Part shown: positions 18,134 through 27,366 of the stretch, one piece after another
Numbering within the stretch: position 1 is the first letter of the stretch
Layout of the letters: every line of letters starts with the position of its first letter
Assembly (NCBI GenBank): GCA_017468465.1
Contig: JAFUIN010000001.1
Span: 14,425-78,424, forward strand
From: Clostridia bacterium
Lineage (GTDB): Bacteria > Bacillota > Clostridia > UMGS1840
Length of the DNA stretch: 64,000 bases
Reading direction: 5' to 3'
The notes under the pieces: model-generated
Databases searched by the model: none
What the model was told of the DNA's origin: nothing
The model's input: the letters and a program-made list of their open reading frames with translations, nothing else
Translations under genes and position numbers: made by a program

Positions 18134-18412
18134 ATGAAATTAACGAAAAAAGGAAAAAAATGTTTGGTTTTTGTTTCGGTATTGATTTTATTGGGCGTTT
18201 TTGCTCTCAGCCAGGTAGACGTTTTGGCAAATAAAGAAGAAGTGAAATATATTTCCTACATTGTCAGAGAGCAAGATTCTCTTTGGAGTATTGCAGAGGA
18301 ATTTGGCGGGGAAGAAGACATCCGTAAAACAGTGTATGAGATTCAGAAATTAAACGGTGTCAAGTCGGATTCCTTAAAAGTGGGAACCAGACTGTTCATT
18401 CCGAATGTGTAA
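18134..18412 (+). CDS. yneA: YneA-like SOS-induced cell-division inhibitor (TM + LysM)
   Basis: 92 aa with an N-terminal TM (CLVFVSVLILLGVFAL) and a LysM domain (YIVREQDSLWSIAEEF...KLNGVKSDSLKVGTRLFIP). It is divergent from lexA, as in Bacillus. Confidence 0.75.
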   Translation: MKLTKKGKKCLVFVSVLILLGVFALSQVDVLANKEEVKYISYIVREQDSLWSIAEEFGGEEDIRKTVYEIQKLNGVKSDSLKVGTRLFIPNV

Positions 18413-18414
18413 CG

Positions 18415-18454
18415 AAAAAACCGAAGATGCAGAAACGAAGCATCTTCGGTTTTT
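18415..18454. terminator. Bidirectional terminator between yneA-like and spoIVFB
   Basis: AAAAAA-CCGAAGATGC...GCATCTTCGG-TTTTT. Confidence 0.8.
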
Positions 18455-19277
18455 AGCATTGTGAGAGTAAAAGTGTGCCGTCGCAGGTTAAGATTTTGGT
18501 TAAAATCTGAGTTTCTGTGACGGTTTTTATGATTTTACCGTCTTTTATTACGTGAACAATATAATATTGGTCACCTTGGAAATTCCGGATGATTTTTTGA
18601 GCGGGTAAATTCCATCTGGCTCCTAAATAGCAAATTGGGCGGCTGCCTGAAAAGTCAGTTTGTTCTTGCCGTTTTGCTGTTTCACCTATCGTTTGGCATA
18701 GGGTCAGCTTGTTCTGACACAGGCAGGAATACAACAAAAAAATACCGATGAGAATTAAAGAATATTGATATTTTGTGTACCAAAGCAGCCATAATCCGGA
18801 GGCGAAAATTGCAGAAGAAAGGCTGAGCGACAGCAGTCTCATTTTTTGTTTGGCAGTTGTTTTGTCATATTTTTTTGAAAAGTAAATTTCAAGCGCTCTG
18901 CCTCCGTCCAGCGGGAGACAGGGAATCAAATTAAAAAGCCCCAAAAACAAATTGGAGAAAAAGAAATATTCGGCACAAGGAAAGGGCCGATAGCTCTGTA
19001 TCAGCCAAATGACAAGAGAAATCAGCAAATTAGCAACAGGTGCCGATAAATAAACTGTCAGACTGTCGGGCGGCTTATTTTCCGTCTGGATGCAGATGCC
19101 AAAGGGCTCTAACAGAATTTTACGAACGACAATTTTTTCGTTGCACAGAAAAAACAGATGGATTGCTTCGTGAAACAACAAGGAAAGATAGGTGATGAAA
19201 AATGGAATCATATTGTGCGTGAGATAAGAAAATATCACAACCAGAGGGAGCAAGGGGCTGATTTTCAAATGCTTCAT
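18453..19277 (-). CDS. spoIVFB: Site-2 (M50) intramembrane metalloprotease, SpoIVFB-like
   Basis: HEAIHLFF (HExxH in a TM segment), NLIPCLPLDGGRAL (the second M50 motif), and a C-terminal CBS-like soluble domain. Confidence 0.8.
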   Translation of the reverse strand: MKHLKISPLLPLVVIFSYLTHNMIPFFITYLSLLFHEAIHLFFLCNEKIVVRKILLEPFGICIQTENKPPDSLTVYLSAPVANLLISLVIWLIQSYRPFPCAEYFFFSNLFLGLFNLIPCLPLDGGRALEIYFSKKYDKTTAKQKMRLLSLSLSSAIFASGLWLLWYTKYQYSLILIGIFLLYSCLCQNKLTLCQTIGETAKRQEQTDFSGSRPICYLGARWNLPAQKIIRNFQGDQYYIVHVIKDGKIIKTVTETQILTKILTCDGTLLLSQC

Positions 19278-19873
19278 TGCTTGGGCAGAAACAGAACGGG
19301 ATTCATCCGTTTTTCTCCTTTTCGGATTTCAAAATGCAGGTGTGGACCGGTGGTGTTTCCTGTGCTGCCTGCAATGCCGATACTATCTCCTTGTTTTACG
19401 GTTTCGCCCTCTTGCTTTGTGAATTGTTCCAAATGAGCATAGCAGGTGGTGAACTGGTCGTTATGGGAAATCAGAATATAATTTCCAAATCGCTCATCGG
19501 TGCCTGTTTTAGAAATGATGCCGTCTGCCGCTGCTTTCACATCGGTTCCGGCGTTGATGTCGATATCAATTCCGGTATGCTGTTCTGCGATTTGCGTGAG
19601 GGGGTTCAGCCGTTCCCCGAAGGGAGAGGTAACCGTTCCGTTTAAGGGATAGATGAATTCCGGATAGGTAAGGTTTTTTTGATAGGATGCGGTCACATCC
19701 TTCAAAAATTGTCCGATATCAGCTTCTCCGCGCATAAAATAATCCAGATTTTTTCGGAGCGTTGTTTGTCCGGATGCCAAAATGACAATCAGTGAAAGCA
19801 TCAGAATGACAATGGGCAGACACCCCATACGGTGTTTTTGTGAGGGCTGTTTTGTTTGTTTGTTTCTTTTCAA
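19274..19873 (-). CDS. M23/LytM family peptidase in the SpoIVFA position
   Basis: N-terminal TM plus an M23 domain with HTGIDID and GPHLHFEI. A 4-nt overlap with spoIVFB indicates an operon. The start is TTG and uncertain. Confidence 0.8.
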   Translation of the reverse strand: MKRNKQTKQPSQKHRMGCLPIVILMLSLIVILASGQTTLRKNLDYFMRGEADIGQFLKDVTASYQKNLTYPEFIYPLNGTVTSPFGERLNPLTQIAEQHTGIDIDINAGTDVKAAADGIISKTGTDERFGNYILISHNDQFTTCYAHLEQFTKQEGETVKQGDSIGIAGSTGNTTGPHLHFEIRKGEKRMNPVLFLPKQ

Positions 19874-20042
19874 AATGATTTCCTGTTCTCCGCCTGACTG
19901 TTAGCGGGGGAGAGTTTCCTTTCTGCTTCTTGGTGAGCGAGAAGCGCATTTTTTCTTGTCCTGTTATTTCACAATATGAAAAAAATCTAAAAATATGTTA
20001 ATTTTTACTGGACATTTTCGCAAAATGTGATACAATAATATA

Positions 20043-21119
20043 TTGAAAGATTATATACTATTATATAGTGACAAATTTTTTATCGAATTTTTCTCAGAAA
20101 GGGGGAGCGTTGTGCAGACCAAATTTTTCTCATCATCATCGCTACAGGAAGCGGCAGATTTGATTCATATGGGAGAGACGGTGGTGTTTCCGACGGAGAC
20201 GGTATACGGCCTTGGTGCAGATGCTTTTAATGCCCAGGCAGTACTGAAAATTTTCAAAGCCAAAAACCGTCCTGCAGATAATCCGCTGATTGCACATATT
20301 TCCTCTTTGGATATGATTGATTCATTAACTTGCGATTTTAATCCCATGGCACAGAGCATTGCAGCTTCTTTTATGCCGGGGCCCATTACGTTGGTTTTGA
20401 AAAAGAATGGCAGCGTGCCGGATGCGGTAACTGCCGGCCTTCCGACTGTGGGAATCAGGTTTCCGAAAAACGAAGTTGCAAGAACCTTCATTTCTTTATG
20501 CAATACCCCCATTGCAGCACCTTCTGCCAATATTTCCGGTACGGTTTCTGCAACGACATTTGAGGATGTAAAGCGGGAGCTTTCCGGTAGAGTGGGAGGC
20601 ATTATCGAGGGAGAGAATTGTGAGTTTGGGATTGAATCCACCGTGGTGGACGTAACGGGAGAGGCACCTGTTATTTTGCGTCCCGGAAGCATTACACTGG
20701 AAATGCTTCGTGAGATTTTGCCGCAAACAAAGCTGCATCCTTCTCTGATTTCAGAAACAAAAGTAGAAAAGCCTGCTTCTCCGGGAATGAAGTATATTCA
20801 CTATTCTCCCAAGGCAGAAGTGGTTTTGGTATATGGCGAGCGCGAAAAAATTGTTACTTATTTTGAGGAACAGTTACAGCCTTCGGAATGTTTATTTTTA
20901 TTTCAGGAGGAATTAGAACAATTTTCTAAAAATAAAATGTCTTTAGGCAGCGCAGCCGATTTGAATGAAATGGCACATAGAATCTTCCGGCAGTTAAAGC
21001 AGGTGGACCTGCTTGGTTACCAGAGAGTTTATATTCCCGCAGTGGAAGAAACGGGGATTGGTCTTTCTGTGATGAATCGGTTGAAAAAATCCAGCGGAGG
21101 GAAGGCGATTCATTTATGA
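20043..21119 (+). CDS. tsaC: L-threonylcarbamoyladenylate synthase, long Sua5/YwlC type
   Basis: VVFPTETVYGLGADA, NRPADNPLI, SANISG, and a C-terminal Sua5 domain. A TGnTACAAT -10 element at 20028-20036 puts the TSS near 20043, so GTG 20112 (after AAGGGGGAG) is the likelier start. Confidence 0.85.
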   Translation: MKDYILLYSDKFFIEFFSERGSVVQTKFFSSSSLQEAADLIHMGETVVFPTETVYGLGADAFNAQAVLKIFKAKNRPADNPLIAHISSLDMIDSLTCDFNPMAQSIAASFMPGPITLVLKKNGSVPDAVTAGLPTVGIRFPKNEVARTFISLCNTPIAAPSANISGTVSATTFEDVKRELSGRVGGIIEGENCEFGIESTVVDVTGEAPVILRPGSITLEMLREILPQTKLHPSLISETKVEKPASPGMKYIHYSPKAEVVLVYGEREKIVTYFEEQLQPSECLFLFQEELEQFSKNKMSLGSAADLNEMAHRIFRQLKQVDLLGYQRVYIPAVEETGIGLSVMNRLKKSSGGKAIHL

Positions 21120-21553
21120 TTTCGGTTGCTTCTCTGACACCTCAGAATGTGGAAGGTGTGGCAGCGGTAGAACGAGCTTGTTTTTCTACTCCTTGGAGCA
21201 GAGAGTCGTTTCAAAAGGATTTGACCAATGAAAATGCTGTGTATTTTTGTCTGGAAGAAGCGGGCAAAGTAATCGGCTATGTTGGCATGTGGAACATCCT
21301 TGGAGAAGGGAATATCAATAATATTGCTGTTTTACCTGATTATCGCAGAAAAGGCTATGGAAGGCTGTTGTTAGAGCGGCTGATTGCCTATGGAGAAGAA
21401 CACAAGCTTTCTTTTTTAACGTTGGAGGTAAGAGCGTCCAACGAAGGTGCCATCCGGTTATACAGCTCTTGCGGCTTTCGTGAAGTAGGGCGCAGAAAGA
21501 AATATTACGACCGTCAGGAAGATGCAATTTTAATGACACGTGTCTTTGAATGA
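21116..21553 (+). CDS. rimI: Ribosomal-protein-alanine N-acetyltransferase (GNAT)
   Basis: NIAVLPDYRRKGYGRLLL is a GNAT motif A. The gene lies between tsaC and tsaD with a 4-nt overlap. Confidence 0.8.
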   Translation: MISVASLTPQNVEGVAAVERACFSTPWSRESFQKDLTNENAVYFCLEEAGKVIGYVGMWNILGEGNINNIAVLPDYRRKGYGRLLLERLIAYGEEHKLSFLTLEVRASNEGAIRLYSSCGFREVGRRKKYYDRQEDAILMTRVFE

Positions 21554-21574
21554 ACAAAAAACGAGGGAAAAATT

Positions 21575-22663
21575 ATGGCAAAAATACTGGCAATCGAAAC
21601 TTCTTGCGATGAAACTGCGGCAGCAGTTGTGGAAAACGGTAGGACGGTTCATTCCAACATCATATATTCACAGGCAGATTTGCACGCAAAATTCGGCGGT
21701 GTTGTGCCGGAAATTGCATCCCGCAAACACATTGAGGCAATCGATAAAGTGGTCGATGAGGCACTGCTTCAGGCAGGCACCACCTTTTCGGATATTGATG
21801 CCATTGCGGTGACATCCTGCCCCGGGTTGGTGGGTGCGCTTCTCACAGGTGTTTCTTATGCAAAGGCATTAAGCTATGCAAGAAAATTACCGTTAATTTC
21901 GGTGCATCATATCAAAGGGCACATTGCGGCAAACTATCTGGAAGATGTCACGCTGAAGCCGCCGTTCTTGTGTCTGGTGGTATCCGGCGGACATACCCAG
22001 ATTGTTTATGTGAAAGACTATCTTTCTTTTGAAATTCTGGCAAAAACCCGCGACGATGCCATTGGCGAAGCCTATGACAAGGTGGCAAGAGTGCTGGGAC
22101 TTCCTTATCCGGGCGGTGTGAAGGTGGACAAAATGGCACAGTTGGGAAATCCCGATAAAATCACATTCACCAAGCCAAAATTGGGCGAAACGGATGATTT
22201 TTCGTTTAGCGGTATAAAAACTGCCGTAAATTGTTATATTAAGAAAATCATACAAAAGCCAATCACAGACTACAAAGATGACGAATTTTTAACTCAGGAA
22301 GGCTTCCAAGGGCTTGGGCTGAAGGCAGAAGGCGGAGGCATCACCAAAAATGATGTGGCAGCCTCTTTTTCCAAAACGGTTACCAAGATGCTGTTAGACC
22401 CGTTTTTCAAGCTGGCAAAGGAAAAAGGCATTCGTCAGGTTTGTATGGCAGGCGGGGTTAGTGCCAATTCGTTTCTTCGGAAAGAATTTTTCTCCCGTGG
22501 AGAACAGCTGGGGTTAAAAACGGTTTGTCCCCACATTTCTTTATGCGGAGACAATGCTGCCATGATTGGAAGCTTTGCTTATTTCAAATATGAAAAACAG
22601 TTGTTTGGGGACACTTCGCTGAATGCGATTCCCTACATTAGTATTGAGGAGGAATATCGGTAA
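21575..22663 (+). CDS. tsaD: tRNA N6-adenosine threonylcarbamoyltransferase
   Basis: ILAIETSCDETAAAV, SRKHIE and VHHIKGHI metal-site motifs, plus LCLVVSGGHT. Confidence 0.95.
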   Translation: MAKILAIETSCDETAAAVVENGRTVHSNIIYSQADLHAKFGGVVPEIASRKHIEAIDKVVDEALLQAGTTFSDIDAIAVTSCPGLVGALLTGVSYAKALSYARKLPLISVHHIKGHIAANYLEDVTLKPPFLCLVVSGGHTQIVYVKDYLSFEILAKTRDDAIGEAYDKVARVLGLPYPGGVKVDKMAQLGNPDKITFTKPKLGETDDFSFSGIKTAVNCYIKKIIQKPITDYKDDEFLTQEGFQGLGLKAEGGGITKNDVAASFSKTVTKMLLDPFFKLAKEKGIRQVCMAGGVSANSFLRKEFFSRGEQLGLKTVCPHISLCGDNAAMIGSFAYFKYEKQLFGDTSLNAIPYISIEEEYR

Positions 22664-22689
22664 GAAACAGCTTATCCGATTGTATCAGA

Positions 22690-23925
22690 ATGAAGAAAAT
22701 CTCAAAAAATGCCGACATTTACATTTTGCCGGCAAATAAATTCAAAACCTTTTCGGTAAGCTTTCATTTTTTCACAGAGCTTACGAAAGAAACTGTTACC
22801 AAAAACGCCCTGTTTCCCTTTCTTTTGAAATTGGGAAGCAAGGCATATCCCGATATGCTTTCGGTAAACAGAAAGCTTCAGGAGCTTTATGGCGGTGTGT
22901 TTGAATGCCGCGTAGCAAAGCGTGGAGATGTGCATGCCTTAAGCTTTGTGTTTGAGTTTTTAGAGCCTGCTTTTTCCGACGGTGAGCAGTTGGCAAACTG
23001 TTTGACATTTATGAAGGAAATGCTCACCAATCCGCTGGTAGAAAACGGGGGCTTTTCGGAAGCCTTTGTAGAGAGAGAAAAGGAAAACCTCACCGATTAT
23101 ATTAACGGCATTATTAACGACAAACGGGAATACACCAATATCCGTCTGACAGAAGAAATGTTTGCGGGAGACAATTATGCACTGTATGAGTATGGCAGTG
23201 TGGAGGATTTGAAGCAGATTTCTCCCAGGGATTTATATGAAAGTTATCTGGAAATTATAGAAACCGCACCTCTTACCGTGTTTATTTCCGGCGGTGTGCA
23301 GGAAGAAGAATTTTTGCAGGTATTTTCTGATTTAATTGAAAAAGAACGTAAACCGTTCCCCCAAAACACCATTTATCAAAAGCATCTTCCAACACCACAT
23401 AAGGTGGAAGAAAATCAGAATTTGGTGCAGGGAAAATTTGCCCTTGGGTTTGAGACGGGAATCCGTCCCGACCAGGAGGATTATTATGCCTTAAATCTCT
23501 TAAACAGCGTGTTTGGGTCCGGCCCACATTCCAAGCTGTTTATGAACGTGCGGGAAAAAATGTCGCTTTGTTATTATGTCTATTCCCGCTTAAACAGAAT
23601 GAAAGGCACCATGTTTGTGGGCATCGGCACCGATAAGGAGAATTTCCAAAAAGCGTATGATGCCATTTTAGAACAGCTGGAACTGTGTAAAAAAGGCGAA
23701 ATTTCTGAGGAAGAAATCGAATTTTCCAAAAAGTTTATTATTGGCATCCTAAAACAAACCGGAGATAATCAGCATAATCTTGCCGATTTTTATATGAGTG
23801 GAATTTTAGCGGGAAATCCTCTTTCTCCCGAAGAATATATCGAAAAAATAGAATCCTTAACCAAAGAGGATATTGTAAGAGTTGCCAAGGGAATCACCCT
23901 GCAAACCGAATATTATTTATCATAG
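22690..23925 (+). CDS. M16 family peptidase-like protein, non-catalytic subunit
   Basis: Insulinase fold-length protein (411 aa) lacking HxxEH, paired with the following catalytic M16 gene. Confidence 0.75.
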   Translation: MKKISKNADIYILPANKFKTFSVSFHFFTELTKETVTKNALFPFLLKLGSKAYPDMLSVNRKLQELYGGVFECRVAKRGDVHALSFVFEFLEPAFSDGEQLANCLTFMKEMLTNPLVENGGFSEAFVEREKENLTDYINGIINDKREYTNIRLTEEMFAGDNYALYEYGSVEDLKQISPRDLYESYLEIIETAPLTVFISGGVQEEEFLQVFSDLIEKERKPFPQNTIYQKHLPTPHKVEENQNLVQGKFALGFETGIRPDQEDYYALNLLNSVFGSGPHSKLFMNVREKMSLCYYVYSRLNRMKGTMFVGIGTDKENFQKAYDAILEQLELCKKGEISEEEIEFSKKFIIGILKQTGDNQHNLADFYMSGILAGNPLSPEEYIEKIESLTKEDIVRVAKGITLQTEYYLS

Positions 23926-23941
23926 GAAAGGAGTGCTTTTT

Positions 23942-25231
23942 ATGGAGTTTACCAAAACCTACGAAGAAAAACTGGGCGAAACTCTTTATAGCGGCAAGCA
24001 TGAAAGCGGACTGGATGTGTTTGTGCTTCCCAAAAAAGGGTTTTCCAAAAAATATGCCATTTATTCCGTAAAATACGGTTCCATAGATACCTCCTATCTG
24101 GTAAACGGCAAAGAAGTGAATGACCCCATGGGGATTGCCCACTTTTTAGAGCATAAGCTCTTTGAGCTGCCCGGTGGTGGAAATGCTTTTGACTTGTTTT
24201 CCAAAACCGGTGGAAATGCCAACGCATTCACCTCTCATGATATGACAGGGTATTTGTTTTCCTGCAGTGATTATTTTAACGAAAATTTAGATATTTTGCT
24301 GTCATATGTCAATGACCCCTACTTTACAGTGGAAAATGTGGCAAAGGAGCAGGGCATCATTGCACAGGAAATTAAAATGTACGATGATGACCCCGAGTGG
24401 AGATTGTTTAACAACGCTCTGGAGGCTCTTTATTTTGAAAATCCTGTTCGTAATGATATTGCCGGAACGGTAGAATCTATTTCACACATTACCAAGGATT
24501 TTTTGTATCAGATTTATGATACTTTTTATCATCCGGAAAATATGGTGCTGTTTGTTGCAGGGGATGTTGACGTGGATGATGTTGCAAAATTGGTTGATAA
24601 AAATGTGAAAAAGCGTGACCGTTCCTTTCTGGTGGAGCGAAAAATTTATCGGGAGCCGGACTGCGTGAAGCAGAAACGGATTGTGAAAGAAATGAGCGTT
24701 TCACAGCCCAGCTTTATTCTCGGTTTCAAAGATAACCATGTGGGGCTGACCGGAAAAGAGCTTCTCAAAAAGAATATGGAAACAGCACTTCTTCTTAAGA
24801 TGATGTTTTCACCGTCGGCACCGCTGTATAACGAGTTGTATCAAAAAGGACTAATCAACGACACCTTTGGGTTTGACTGTCTGAATTCAGATTCTTATTT
24901 TGCCACCTTCTTAAATGGGGAAGCAAAAGAGATTGACCGTACCGTAGAAGCGGTGCTTGCGGGCATTGAATCGGTGAAGAAAAACGGTTTTTCCAAGGAA
25001 GAAATCGAGCGGTGCAAAAAAGCATCGCTGGGCCGCCAGATTCGTGCATATGATGCCATCGAATCGGTTGCTAACAGCTTTGCGGCAAATTATTTCTATC
25101 AAATCGGTGCGTTTGACTTTTTAAGCGTGTATCCTGCCATTACGGAGGAAAGTCTTATGAAACGTCTGATGGAAGTGTTTAACGAGCATTATGCCGTATC
25201 GGAAATGAAACCTGTATCCAAAGGGGAATAA
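23942..25231 (+). CDS. M16 family zinc peptidase (catalytic subunit)
   Basis: The HFLEHKLF inverted zinc motif (HxxEH) is present. ATG 23942 follows AAAGGAG. The track start at 23882 overlaps the previous gene. Confidence 0.85.
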   Translation: MEFTKTYEEKLGETLYSGKHESGLDVFVLPKKGFSKKYAIYSVKYGSIDTSYLVNGKEVNDPMGIAHFLEHKLFELPGGGNAFDLFSKTGGNANAFTSHDMTGYLFSCSDYFNENLDILLSYVNDPYFTVENVAKEQGIIAQEIKMYDDDPEWRLFNNALEALYFENPVRNDIAGTVESISHITKDFLYQIYDTFYHPENMVLFVAGDVDVDDVAKLVDKNVKKRDRSFLVERKIYREPDCVKQKRIVKEMSVSQPSFILGFKDNHVGLTGKELLKKNMETALLLKMMFSPSAPLYNELYQKGLINDTFGFDCLNSDSYFATFLNGEAKEIDRTVEAVLAGIESVKKNGFSKEEIERCKKASLGRQIRAYDAIESVANSFAANYFYQIGAFDFLSVYPAITEESLMKRLMEVFNEHYAVSEMKPVSKGE

Positions 25232-25248
25232 AAGGAGAGAAATTCATT

Positions 25249-26202
25249 TTGAATACCATTTCTTTTGAACAGCTGGGGCTGCACTTTCACATCAATCGGG
25301 TTGCTTTTCAGTTCGGCAACCTGAAGGTGCATTGGTATGCTTTAATTATTTTAACTGGTGTTATCCTGGGCTTTTTATATGCCACGATATTTGCAAAGAG
25401 AGAAAATTTGGAAACCGATACCCTTTATGATGTTTTGCTTTGGGGGCTTCCCAGCGCAATCATTGGGGCACGGCTTTATTATGTGGTGTTCAATTTTTCG
25501 GAATATGCCGGAAGATTTTGGGATGTTTTCAAAATCTGGCAAGGTGGAATCGCTATTTACGGCGCTGTAATCGGCGCAGCGATTTCTACCTACATATATG
25601 CAAAGGTGAAGAAAATTCCCGCATTACAGCTGTTTGATATGGGCGCTTTTGGCTTGATGGTGGGGCAGGCAGTCGGACGTTGGGGGAATTTTGTCAACCA
25701 GGAAGCCTTTGGAACCAATACCGACTCCGTTTTTGCTATGTCGGGCAATCTCATCCATGCCCAGCTTGTAAAAATGCAGAGTATGGGGATGGCTGTGAAT
25801 CCGGATATGGGGGTTCACCCTACCTTTTTCTATGAATCTATATGGAACCTGTTTGGAGCAATCTTGTTAGGATTGTTTCACAAAAAGAAAAAACATCACG
25901 GGCAGATGTTTTCAGTGTATCTTGTGTGGTACGGCATCGGTAGATTTTTTATTGAAGGGCTTCGTACCGACAGCTTATATTTTTTCTCTTTCCGCATTTC
26001 ACAGGTTGTTGCGTTGGTTACAGTGATTTTGGGAATGATTCTTTTGATTTATTTTTACAAAAAGCCGCTCTGTAAACCATTGGAACAAGAGATTGATGTG
26101 GCTAAAAACGAAGAAGAAAAGGAGACAGCAGAAGAAACAGCTCCACCCTTAAACATCATTGATAAGGAAATCAAGCGAAACGAAGATAAAAGGAGAACAT
26201 AA
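25249..26202 (+). CDS. lgt: Prolipoprotein diacylglyceryl transferase
   Basis: HWYALIILTGV, GGIAIYGAVIG, GRWGNFVNQEAFG and GLRTDSL motifs, with a C-terminal charged tail. Confidence 0.9.
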   Translation: MNTISFEQLGLHFHINRVAFQFGNLKVHWYALIILTGVILGFLYATIFAKRENLETDTLYDVLLWGLPSAIIGARLYYVVFNFSEYAGRFWDVFKIWQGGIAIYGAVIGAAISTYIYAKVKKIPALQLFDMGAFGLMVGQAVGRWGNFVNQEAFGTNTDSVFAMSGNLIHAQLVKMQSMGMAVNPDMGVHPTFFYESIWNLFGAILLGLFHKKKKHHGQMFSVYLVWYGIGRFFIEGLRTDSLYFFSFRISQVVALVTVILGMILLIYFYKKPLCKPLEQEIDVAKNEEEKETAEETAPPLNIIDKEIKRNEDKRRT

Positions 26203-27336
26203 ATGGTAACCATTGCAAATGATGCAAAGTACGCAATTTGGCTGACAAAAATATTGGGCTATGGTAATCCCAAGGGAAAACAGCTGATCAATACTTACGG
26301 TTCAGCACGGGCTGTTTTTGATTTGAAGCCTTCTGAAATCGACAAAATTTCTTACTTAACGCCGCAACAGAAAACGGCACTTTATAACAAAGATTTAGAT
26401 TACGCTTTGGGTGTCATTGAACAATGTATGTTGAACAATGCGTCTGTCTATTGCTATGGAGAAGAAGGATATCCCGATTGTTTGTCGGTGATTTATGCAC
26501 CGCCCATTGTGCTTTATGAAAAAGGACATCATTACGATTACGATACGGCGCCCACCTTTGGCATTGTGGGAACCCGTGATTTGACTGAATATGGCAGACG
26601 GACATCCTACGATTTTGCATATGACCTGGCAAAAAACGGCATGATTATTGTTAGCGGTATGGCAGACGGATGTGATTCACAGGCACATTTTGGAGCGTTG
26701 AAAGCAGGACAGGCTACGGTTGCTGTTTTGGGAACAGGCATTGACGTGGTGTATCCCAAAAAGAATCAGGAACTTTATGAATATATTTGCGGTTACGGAG
26801 CAGTGTTGAGTGAATATCCGCCCGGAACGAAAGCTACGCACTACAGCTTTCCGCAAAGAAATCGAATTATCAGTGCGATTTCTATGGGAATACTGGTGGC
26901 AGAAGGGGACTTGGACAGCGGTTCTCTCATTACAGCCGACCATGCAAACAATCAGGGAAAGGATGTATTTGTCATTCCCAACAACATCTATGCAGAAAAC
27001 AGCAGAGGAACCAATCAGCTGCTTAAGGAATTTGCTTTGGTTGCCACTTGTCCCCAGGATATTGTGCAACGGTATATTGAGCATTTTCCCGAATATTTAT
27101 ATCAGGAAGCCAAAGAGCATAAGGTTTCACAGGAGCAATATGTCAAGGCATTGGCAGAATTGTCGCCTGATGAGAAGAAACTGTTGGAGCAAATTACGGA
27201 AAAACCAAGATATATTGATGAATTAGTCAGACGTTCCGGTCTTCCGGTTGGGAAGGTGAACGGACTTTTGACCTTGCTTATGATGAAAGACATTATCTAC
27301 AGCGTGCCGGGAAATTCCTATGCACTGAAGCTGTAA
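26203..27336 (+). CDS. dprA: DNA processing protein DprA (Smf)
   Basis: GIVGTRDLTEYGR, SGMADGCDS and FPQRNRIISA Rossmann-like DprA core. Upstream of topA, as in Bacillus. Confidence 0.9.
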   Translation: MVTIANDAKYAIWLTKILGYGNPKGKQLINTYGSARAVFDLKPSEIDKISYLTPQQKTALYNKDLDYALGVIEQCMLNNASVYCYGEEGYPDCLSVIYAPPIVLYEKGHHYDYDTAPTFGIVGTRDLTEYGRRTSYDFAYDLAKNGMIIVSGMADGCDSQAHFGALKAGQATVAVLGTGIDVVYPKKNQELYEYICGYGAVLSEYPPGTKATHYSFPQRNRIISAISMGILVAEGDLDSGSLITADHANNQGKDVFVIPNNIYAENSRGTNQLLKEFALVATCPQDIVQRYIEHFPEYLYQEAKEHKVSQEQYVKALAELSPDEKKLLEQITEKPRYIDELVRRSGLPVGKVNGLLTLLMMKDIIYSVPGNSYALKL

Positions 27337-27366
27337 CTGGTTGATGAATAAAGGAGAGTAAAATAT

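Noticed and set aside
21575-22663. An apparent insertion of about 20-25 aa in TsaD (around KKIIQKPITDYKDDEFLTQEGFQGLGLKAEGGG).
   Set aside because: It cannot be confirmed without an alignment. TsaD length varies among lineages, and the catalytic motifs are intact. It is noted only as a low-value observation.
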